Shown here in pieces: positions 1-6,808 of a stretch of DNA of 42,010 nt (positions within the stretch are counted from its first letter, which is position 1; the number at the start of each line of letters is the position of its first letter). The DNA lies in contig JAYUIF010000332.1 of assembly GCA_043766295.1 (NCBI GenBank), forward strand, positions 1 to 42,010, written 5' to 3'. The position numbers and the translations under genes were made by a program. The DNA is from Spartobacteria bacterium (lineage in GTDB: Bacteria; Verrucomicrobiota; Verrucomicrobiia; Chthoniobacterales; Chthoniobacteraceae). The notes under the pieces are model-generated. The model saw only the letters and a program-made list of their open reading frames with translations, was not told the DNA's origin and searched no databases.

Positions 1-491
1 ATTACCTCGTCCAGCGCGGGCAGCTTCCCGCTGTGCAAATTGGCGGGCGCTGGCGCGTCAAACGCGACCTGCTCGACCGCGATGTCCTTCGCAACAAAGA
101 AGAGCAAGGCGGCGCGCCCACCGTTCTCGTCGTGGACGACGACACCGGTTTGCAGAGCATGTTTAAGCTCTTTTTGAAAAAGCAGGGATTCACCCGCATC
201 GTCGTCGGCACCGGCAAGGAAGCCCTCGCTGCGTTGCATAAACAAAAATTCGACATCTGCTTCCTCGATCTTCAATTGCCCGACATCACCGGCGACGAAA
301 TCTACAAGCAGGCCAAGATCCTTCATCCCGAGCTGCCCATCGTCATCATCACCGGCTATCCCGACAGCCAGATGCTCGACAACATTTTGAAACACGGCCC
401 CGTCACCGTTTTGAAAAAACCCCTCGAAGTCGAACTGCTCCAGCAAGTCTTGAAGATGCTCGGGCACGAGGTAAAAGCCAAAGCCGCATAG
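1..491 (+). CDS. Response regulator (5' end outside the window): excisionase/MerR-type HTH followed by a C-terminal CheY-like receiver domain
   Basis: The frame is open from nt 3 to the TAG at 489-491. The N-terminal part, ...LVQRGQLPAVQIGGRWRVKRDLLD, looks like an excisionase-family HTH. VLVVDDD / FLDLQLPD / IVIITGY / LKKP supply the canonical receiver acidic pair, phospho-Asp, Thr and Lys. Confidence 0.8.
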   Translation, partial: YLVQRGQLPAVQIGGRWRVKRDLLDRDVLRNKEEQGGAPTVLVVDDDTGLQSMFKLFLKKQGFTRIVVGTGKEALAALHKQKFDICFLDLQLPDITGDEIYKQAKILHPELPIVIITGYPDSQMLDNILKHGPVTVLKKPLEVELLQQVLKMLGHEVKAKAA

Positions 492-492
492 C

Positions 493-1083
493 TCACGCCG
501 GAAGGCGCACGAGCACCCGGCAAAGCTCCCGGTTTTTTCGGCCCGGATAGGTCGCCGTTGGGACCCATTCCTTTTCCGTTGCGAAGTGTGGCGCGAAAAG
601 TTTGTCCAATTCGTGTATACTTGTGCCGAAGGGCGGCCCTTCTTCGCCGGGATCCATTTTTGGCGTGAGATAAAACACCCCGAATAAACGCCCTCCCGGC
701 TTTAGCGCCGAGGCGACTGCGCGAACGTAGTCCCCGCGCATCGTGGGTGAAATGGCGCAAAAACAAGTGTGCTCCACGACCCAATCAAACGCGCTGCGCA
801 TCTCCGCAGGCAGCGCAAATAGATCGCCGAGAAAATAATCTTCACCACCGATACGCAGCTGATTTTTCGCCGCCGCGATGGCCGATGGCGCGATGTCGAG
901 CCCCACGACTTCATCCGCAGTCGCAGCAATCGCGCGCACATCGTGCCCCGTCCCGCAGCCGGGCACAAAGACTCGCCCGCGCATCGGCACGCGCTGGAGA
1001 AATTCCACAATCGCCGGATGCGGCGCACCCTTCTCCCACGGCATATCGCCCGTGCGATAGCGTTGCTCCCAATCCGTATTCAT
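493..1083 (-). CDS. SAM-dependent methyltransferase, thiopurine/halide S-methyltransferase (TPMT)-like
   Basis: WEQRYRTGDMPWEKGAPHP is a TPMT-type N-terminus and VFVPGCGTGHDV is the SAM motif I. The ATG at 1083-1081 overlaps the upstream TGA (ATGA), so I prefer it to the ORF-track start at 1119. Confidence 0.7.
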   Translation of the reverse strand: MNTDWEQRYRTGDMPWEKGAPHPAIVEFLQRVPMRGRVFVPGCGTGHDVRAIAATADEVVGLDIAPSAIAAAKNQLRIGGEDYFLGDLFALPAEMRSAFDWVVEHTCFCAISPTMRGDYVRAVASALKPGGRLFGVFYLTPKMDPGEEGPPFGTSIHELDKLFAPHFATEKEWVPTATYPGRKNRELCRVLVRLPA

Positions 1084-1868
1084 AGCCGCCGCCACATCGT
1101 CGCGAGTGCCACGCTCCATTGGTATTTGCGAGCGTGCTCGCGGATCAGAAAAGGCATATCGCGCGTGCCAGCGAGTGCAAAATGTGGAGCGAGCGCGGCG
1201 CTCAGTCCATCAAGCGTGGTGCGCTGCTTTCCGTGAGCCATGAAGCCGCCCAGCCAATTTTCCGGCGCAGTATATTCCGTCAGCCACGTGCAGGGCGTGG
1301 TAATGATCAGTTGCCCGCCCGTTTTCACAAGCTGCGGCAACTGCGCCAGAAAGCGCGCCGGTTGCGCGAGCCGGTCCACGAGATTCGCCGCCAGCACCAC
1401 ATCGAAAACGCCCAGCCCCTCTCGCAGCGCGTGTGCATCCCCGTATTCAAAACACACACGTTCCGGCACGACACCCTCCGGCACGCGCGCAATCAGCGGA
1501 GTCGTCAGCGCACCTTCATCCGCACGCAGATAGGGAAACGCACCACGCTCCGCGAGAGTCCGCGCCGCCTTGATGAAACGCTGCGAATAATCCACCCCGA
1601 TCACCTCCCCGCAAAACCGCGCCAGTTCAAAAGCAGAACGCCCCACCGCGCATCCCACATCCAGCCCGCGCGCATCGTGCGCCAGCGTCGTCGTATCGAG
1701 ACACTCGCTCACACAACGCACCGCATAATCCAGAGCATCGCGCGGCCCGTTTGCGTAGGGCAGCACCTCATCCGCCGCTCCATAGTGAAACAGCAGATAC
1801 TCGTGTAAAAATTTGTCAGTCTCGTAGGGATTCACCGCAAAATCCCATGCACACACGCCGTCGCGCAA
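1080..1868 (-). CDS. Class I SAM-dependent methyltransferase resembling the stand-alone OvoA C-terminal-type ('putative 4-mercaptohistidine N1-methyltransferase') family
   Basis: NPYETDKFLHEYLLFHYG at the N-terminus and the atypical SAM motif GLDVGCAVGRSAFELA match my memory of that family. It uses a TTG start 13 nt after the bioD stop and an ATGA overlap with the next gene. The family assignment is from recollection only. Confidence 0.55.
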   Translation of the reverse strand: MRDGVCAWDFAVNPYETDKFLHEYLLFHYGAADEVLPYANGPRDALDYAVRCVSECLDTTTLAHDARGLDVGCAVGRSAFELARFCGEVIGVDYSQRFIKAARTLAERGAFPYLRADEGALTTPLIARVPEGVVPERVCFEYGDAHALREGLGVFDVVLAANLVDRLAQPARFLAQLPQLVKTGGQLIITTPCTWLTEYTAPENWLGGFMAHGKQRTTLDGLSAALAPHFALAGTRDMPFLIREHARKYQWSVALATMWRRL

Positions 1869-1881
1869 TCAATCCCCAACT

Positions 1882-2523
1882 TCACAACAGCGCGCCCAGC
1901 AACTTCGCAGGCAGCGCATCCCCGCCAAACGCCAGCTCCCCAAAAAACGGCACATCCAGCAACTCCTCCAGCACCGCGCCATTCGTCAGCGCCGCCGCAT
2001 CGTCCATCGCAGGCGCTTGCACTTGATTCAAAATCACACCCGCGCACGCCATGCCGCGCGCACGGATCGCAGCCACCGTCAGCAGCGTGTGATTGATCAC
2101 CCCCAACCGGTTCGCCGCCACCACCAACACCGGCAGCGCAAACTCCGCCGCCAAATCCCCCATCGAAAAATCCTTCGCCACCGGCACCAGCCATCCCCCG
2201 CATCCCTCCACGATCACCACCGCGTGCGCCGCGCACAGTCGCGCAAAAGTTTTCCGCACCAGCGCCACATCCACCATCCGCCCTTCGATCATCGCCGCCG
2301 TAAAAGGAGCCACCGGCGGACGCAACCACACCGGATTCACATCATTCAAAGTCACCGCCCCCGCACTAGCATCCACCAGCGCCTCCGCATCCTCGCGTCC
2401 CCCGCAGCAAATCGGCTTGAAGCCCACCGCATCCATCCCCGCCGTCCGCAACGCCCGCACCAATAGTGCCGCCACTCGTGTCTTGCCGACCGCTGTGTCT
2501 GTGCCCGTGATGAAAATGCTCAT
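1882..2523 (-). CDS. bioD: Dethiobiotin synthase
   Basis: MSIFITGTDTAVGKT is the P-loop, with GFKPI and VIVEGCGGWLVP also present. Start chosen at the ATG at 2523-2521; the 5' extension of the 291-aa ORF is Arg/Gly-rich and looks non-coding. Confidence 0.9.
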   Translation of the reverse strand: MSIFITGTDTAVGKTRVAALLVRALRTAGMDAVGFKPICCGGREDAEALVDASAGAVTLNDVNPVWLRPPVAPFTAAMIEGRMVDVALVRKTFARLCAAHAVVIVEGCGGWLVPVAKDFSMGDLAAEFALPVLVVAANRLGVINHTLLTVAAIRARGMACAGVILNQVQAPAMDDAAALTNGAVLEELLDVPFFGELAFGGDALPAKLLGALL

Positions 2524-2585
2524 GTCCCGCGAACGTAAGTCGCCCGCTGAAAAATGGAATCCAGCAATCAGCCAGCGCACACTCT

Positions 2586-3494
2586 TTACTTGCCGATGGT
2601 GCGAACAGCATCCGCGCACAGACCGATGAAAGTTTCCTCCACCAAGCTCATCCGGCGGCCCTGCCAATGCAACACGCCCCAGCGTCGGCGCAGCTTGCGT
2701 TTGCCGAGCGGCAGCGCGACGAGCGAACCTTCCTCCAACTCCTCGCGCGCAGTCCACGGCGCGAGGATGCTCACGCCGAGTCCCAACTTCACGAGTTCCT
2801 TGATCGCCTCCATATTACCAAGATCGAGCTGGCTAAAGAGCACGATGTCATCGGCGCGGAAGTATTCCTCGATCATCGCCGAGGTGTAGCTCTTGCGCTT
2901 GTAAACGATGTAGTTCTGCCGCGCAATTTCGTCCCGCGCAACACGCCCCGCGAGCGCCCACGGGTGCTGCGGGCTCACGATGAACTGCATCTCGTCCGTG
3001 AACAGCGGGCGAAAATCGAGCGGCTCGCCGCGCTTCGGTTCGAGGTTCACCGCGAGGTCAATCCTGTGCGCGCGCAGGGCATCAATCATCTCCGGCGTAT
3101 CGCCCGGCTCGATGGAGATCGCGCAGTTTGGGAAGCTGTCCTTGAACTCCCGCAGCACGCCCGGCAGCACATGCTGGCACGCCGTCGTGCTCGCGCCGAG
3201 TCGCAACCGGCTCTGCCCCCACTTGCCCAGCCGCCCGAGTTCCGCGCGCGCCTCGGACATCTCGGCGAGAATGCGCGCCGCACGTTCGAGGAGTTGTTCG
3301 CCAGCCTGCGTGAGCACCACTTTTTTGCCCATCTTGTCCAAAATACGACAGCCCACTTCGCGTTCGAGCGCCTTCATCGAGTGGCTCACGGCGGATTGCG
3401 AGAGATGAAGTTCGCGCGCAGCCTGCGTGAAGCTGCCCGTCCGTGCGAGGATGGTGAAAGCCCGGAGTTGTCTGCTGTCCAGTGGTTGCGGCAT
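2586..3494 (-). CDS. LysR-family transcriptional regulator
   Basis: The N-terminal HTH is LRAFTILARTGSFTQAARELHLSQSAVSHSMKALE, followed by a LysR substrate-binding domain. It is divergent from narK and directly upstream of bioD on the same strand. Confidence 0.9.
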   Translation of the reverse strand: MPQPLDSRQLRAFTILARTGSFTQAARELHLSQSAVSHSMKALEREVGCRILDKMGKKVVLTQAGEQLLERAARILAEMSEARAELGRLGKWGQSRLRLGASTTACQHVLPGVLREFKDSFPNCAISIEPGDTPEMIDALRAHRIDLAVNLEPKRGEPLDFRPLFTDEMQFIVSPQHPWALAGRVARDEIARQNYIVYKRKSYTSAMIEEYFRADDIVLFSQLDLGNMEAIKELVKLGLGVSILAPWTAREELEEGSLVALPLGKRKLRRRWGVLHWQGRRMSLVEETFIGLCADAVRTIGK

Positions 3495-3642
3495 ATATGA
3501 AAGCAATTCATCTTTTTGATGAAAAAGTCGCAAGCCATTTATGAGACAACCAGCGCACTATGACCGACTACGACGACGACTTCGGCTACTTGCAAGCCAC
3601 GATCACGTTCTAAAGCAGCGAGTCGCCAACTGCAGCGTATTT

Positions 3643-3710
3643 TGCGCACCGAAGTGCGCAGGCTGCGCAAATGCAAACAACCGCACAGATGCAGCGCATC
3701 TCTGTTTGCA
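3643..3710. promoter_or_regulatory. Candidate operator cluster in the LysR/narK divergent intergenic region
   Basis: Three copies of the palindromic hexamer TGCGCA lie at 3643-3648, 3655-3660 and 3664-3669. An 8-bp inverted repeat, TGCAAACA (3672-3679) / TGTTTGCA (3703-3710), follows. No binding data are available. Confidence 0.3.
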
Positions 3711-3938
3711 AGGAAAGTTCTGGTGGGTGCAGAGTGCGATTCGATGAGTTTGCGCGGCGTGTGATCCTATCGCAGCCATCTGTCCGTGGGCTTCCTAGGG
3801 AGGAATGAATCACATTCATCATTCCCATGAAATTTTCGAGGCGCGTTCATTATGCCGCAGGAGCCATGCTGGCATCGCATCAGCTAAGGGGGCGCGTGCC
3901 TTACGGGGTGCATCAAAAAAACAACCACACACACGCTC

Positions 3939-5150
3939 TTGAATCTCACCACACTCAAAAAAGCCGGTCACTTTCCGACGCTCGTCACCGCGTTCCTTTA
4001 CTTCGACTACAGCTTCATGGTCTGGACGCTCCTCGGCGTGCTTGCGAACCAGATCGCCGCGCCGGAGTCGCTCAATCTCAGCGCGCAGCAGCGGTTCTTC
4101 ATGGTGTCGGTGCCGATCCTTTTCGGCGGCCTTTTCCGACTCGCGCTCGGGCTGCTCGTGGATCGCATCGGCGCGAAGCGCACGGGCATCATCGCGCAGC
4201 TCATCGTGATGACCGGTTTGGGTGTGGCGTGGCACTTCGGACTAAAAAATTATGAGGCTACGCTCGCGATGGGCGCGGTGCTCGGCGTCGCAGGTGCAAG
4301 TTTCGCGGTCGCGATGCCGCAAGCCGGGCGCTGGTATCCGCCAAACATGCAGGGCCTCGTGATGGGCCTCGCCGGTGCAGGCAACATCGGCGTGTTGATT
4401 GACTCGCTCCTCGCACCACGTCTGGCGGCGGCCTACGGCTGGCAGTCGGTGTTTGGCTTCGCGCTCATCCCCGCGTTCTTCGTCCTCGCGATCTACATCA
4501 TCTTTTCCAAGGAGCCGCCGAATCCTGCGACGCCGAAAAAACTGGGCGACTACTTCCGCATGTTCAAGGACAAGGACGTTCACTGGTTCTGCTTTTTTTA
4601 CACCGTCACGTTCGGCGGTTTCGTCGGGCTCGCGTATTCGCTCGGCATGTATTTCAAGGATCGCTTCGGCCTCACAAACTCGCAGGCTGGCGACCTCGTG
4701 GCGCTCTGCACAGCCATCGGCGCGCTCGGTCGGCCCATCGGCGGCGCGATCTCGGATCGCATCGGCGGCATCCGCTCGCTGCACGTCTATTACACCGTCG
4801 CGTGCGTCGCGCTCGTGCTCGGCGGGCTCGTGGAAAATCTCTGGCTGAATGTCGCGATGTTCTTCATCGCTTGCGGTGCGTTCGGAATGGGTAACGGCTC
4901 CGTCTTTCAACTCCTCCCCCAGCGTTTCGGCAAGGAACTCGGACTGATGACCGGCCTCGTCGGCTGCGGCGGCGGCTGCGGCGGATTCCTGCTCGCAAAC
5001 ATGATGGGCCTGAGCAAACAACACTTCGGCACCTACCTCACCGGCCTGCTCGTTTTCGCGAGCCTCTGCATCTTCGCGCTCATCGGCCTGAAGCTCGTGA
5101 AGACCCGCTGGCGCACGACGTGGGGCGCAGTGGCGGCGGCGCGGATTTGA
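3939..5150 (+). CDS. narK: MFS nitrate/nitrite transporter (NarK/NrtP/NasA type)
   Basis: KKAGHFPTLVTAFLYFDYSFMVWTLLG is a NarK-type N-terminus, GGLFRLALGLLVDRIGAKR is the MFS loop motif, and about 12 hydrophobic helices are present. TTG start at 3939. Confidence 0.85.
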   Translation: MNLTTLKKAGHFPTLVTAFLYFDYSFMVWTLLGVLANQIAAPESLNLSAQQRFFMVSVPILFGGLFRLALGLLVDRIGAKRTGIIAQLIVMTGLGVAWHFGLKNYEATLAMGAVLGVAGASFAVAMPQAGRWYPPNMQGLVMGLAGAGNIGVLIDSLLAPRLAAAYGWQSVFGFALIPAFFVLAIYIIFSKEPPNPATPKKLGDYFRMFKDKDVHWFCFFYTVTFGGFVGLAYSLGMYFKDRFGLTNSQAGDLVALCTAIGALGRPIGGAISDRIGGIRSLHVYYTVACVALVLGGLVENLWLNVAMFFIACGAFGMGNGSVFQLLPQRFGKELGLMTGLVGCGGGCGGFLLANMMGLSKQHFGTYLTGLLVFASLCIFALIGLKLVKTRWRTTWGAVAAARI

Positions 5151-6808
5151 TTCCTGATATTTTGAAAGTGAACCTCACCAGCTACGGCCTGCCAAAGTGC
5201 GACGGCGCGGAATCCGACGACGCCTTCGCCGTGAAGACGTGGGATGAAACCGTGATCGCCGTGCTCGCCGACGGTGCAGGTGCAGCGCGTGATGCGAGGG
5301 AAGCGGCCACACGGATCGTGCAGTCGCTGATGAGCAACTACGCCGTGCGCCCCGCGAGCTGGACACCGCAGCGTGCGCTCGCGGAATTTACGAAAATCAT
5401 CAACCACACGCTGCACCACGAGTCGCTCGTGCGTCACTCCGCGCCGGAGATGATCTCCACGCTCTCGGTCGCAGTGATCGAGGGCAACCGGCTCTTCGGC
5501 CTCAATGTCGGCGACTCGCGCGTGTATCTCTCCCGCGGCGGCCAGCTCTCGCAGCTATCGCACGATCACGTGCTCAACGACCGCACTTTCTCCCACGTCC
5601 TCCAGCGCGCCATCGGCCTCGCGCCGGAGGTCGAGCCGCATTGCTTCGAGACCGAACTGCGCAACGGCGACATCGCCCTCCTCTGCTCCGACGGTGTCTC
5701 GAATGTGCTGAGCGATGATGTCCTTTCGCAGCAACTCTCCCATCACACCGCCGCGCGCGCCATCGTGCAGCACGCGCGCGAACTCGCGACCGAGGAGACG
5801 CTCGACGACGCAAGTGCGATCGTGATCAACATCGCCGAGACTGGTAAGCTGCGCGCCGTGAGCCAGCTTCCACTTTTAATCCCAGACACACTCCAAAAGG
5901 GCGATGTCATTGATGGCTACGAACTCGTGCGCCCATTCCAGCACAGCGACCGCGTCTGGCTCGCGACGAAGGACGACCAAAAGTGGACGCTGAAATTCGC
6001 CCCGCTGGAAGCGCGCGACGACGAGGAGATTCTCGCGCGTTTCATCAAGGAAGCCTGGAACGCCCAGCGCGCCGCCGAAGCAGCGCCAGAGCCGTTCGTC
6101 GCGGCCTTCACCCCCGAGCGTGCGACCGCGCGCTACTACGTGCAGGAGTTCGTCGAGGCCCCGAGCCTCAAGGCCGTTTTGAAAGCGCGCGCACTCGGCC
6201 CGGATGAAGCCGTCGCGCTCGGAAAGTTCCTGTGCGCCGCGAGCGAACGGCTCATCGGCCTCGACCTCGTGCATGGCGATTTGAAGCCCGAGAACGTGCT
6301 CGTCGTCTCCGACTACGACCGCCTGCGTTTCAAGCTGATCGATCTCGGCAGTGCGGCGGAAGTCTTCAGCGTGACCTCGCGCGCCGGCACCGCGAGCTAC
6401 CTCGCGCCCGAGCGTTTCCAAAACGCGCCGAACTCCGAGCGCACCGAGATTTTCGCCATCGGCGTAACGCTCTACGAGGCGCTCACGCGCGCGTTTCCCT
6501 TCGGCGAAATCGAACGCTTCCAGACGCCCGCCTTTCACGCGCCCAAGCGCCCGAGCGCGCGAAACGCCAACATCCCGCCGTGGCTGGACCACGTCATCCT
6601 CCGCGCCATCAGCATCGAGCCCGAGCGGCGCTACCAGCATTTCAGCGAGATGGCGTTCGACCTCGCGCACCCCGAGCGCGTCGAGCCGTTCTTCCAAAAG
6701 GACGCGCCGCTGCTCGAACGCGACCCGCTCACTTTCTACCGCACCGCCTTCTGGCTGCTCCTCGCCGCGTGTCTCTATCTGCTCTTCCGCCTCGCCGCTT
6801 CGCACTGA
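5120..6808 (+). CDS. Bifunctional PP2C-type phosphatase / Ser-Thr protein kinase with a C-terminal TM helix
   Basis: The N-terminal half has PPM motifs (AVLADGAGAARDA, GLNVGDSRVY, LLCSDGVSNVL, DDASAIV). The C-terminal half has kinase motifs (WTLKFAP, LVHGDLKPENVLV, IDLGSA, GTASYLAPER). The tail is FWLLLAACLYLLFRLA. The true start may be TTG 5162 or GTG 5168, just after the narK stop. Confidence 0.85.
   Translation: MGRSGGGADLIPDILKVNLTSYGLPKCDGAESDDAFAVKTWDETVIAVLADGAGAARDAREAATRIVQSLMSNYAVRPASWTPQRALAEFTKIINHTLHHESLVRHSAPEMISTLSVAVIEGNRLFGLNVGDSRVYLSRGGQLSQLSHDHVLNDRTFSHVLQRAIGLAPEVEPHCFETELRNGDIALLCSDGVSNVLSDDVLSQQLSHHTAARAIVQHARELATEETLDDASAIVINIAETGKLRAVSQLPLLIPDTLQKGDVIDGYELVRPFQHSDRVWLATKDDQKWTLKFAPLEARDDEEILARFIKEAWNAQRAAEAAPEPFVAAFTPERATARYYVQEFVEAPSLKAVLKARALGPDEAVALGKFLCAASERLIGLDLVHGDLKPENVLVVSDYDRLRFKLIDLGSAAEVFSVTSRAGTASYLAPERFQNAPNSERTEIFAIGVTLYEALTRAFPFGEIERFQTPAFHAPKRPSARNANIPPWLDHVILRAISIEPERRYQHFSEMAFDLAHPERVEPFFQKDAPLLERDPLTFYRTAFWLLLAACLYLLFRLAASH

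Noticed and set aside
515-545. CCGG...CCGG followed by a T-run, resembling a terminator after the response-regulator gene
   Set aside because: The stem is only about 4 bp, and the segment lies inside the coding region of the convergent TPMT-like gene.
1080-1868. Idea that the window encodes an ovothiol or ergothioneine pathway (an OvoA C-terminal-like methyltransferase plus FGE-family domains at 32.9-35 kb)
   Set aside because: The genes are 30 kb apart in unrelated operons. No DinB-like domain or sulfoxide-synthase architecture was seen. The first FGE has the sulfatase-maturation Cys pair rather than EgtB/OvoA features.
6232-6807. 5' extensions of ORF-track entries (781-aa ORF here; likewise 13036-13554, 27062-23, 30507-30668, 11294-11350, 26133-26306, 38182-38223)
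   Set aside because: The extensions overlap the 3' ends of well-supported upstream genes in another frame and are Arg/Pro-rich. Conserved N-termini begin at internal ATGs that form ATGA/TGATG coupling junctions.
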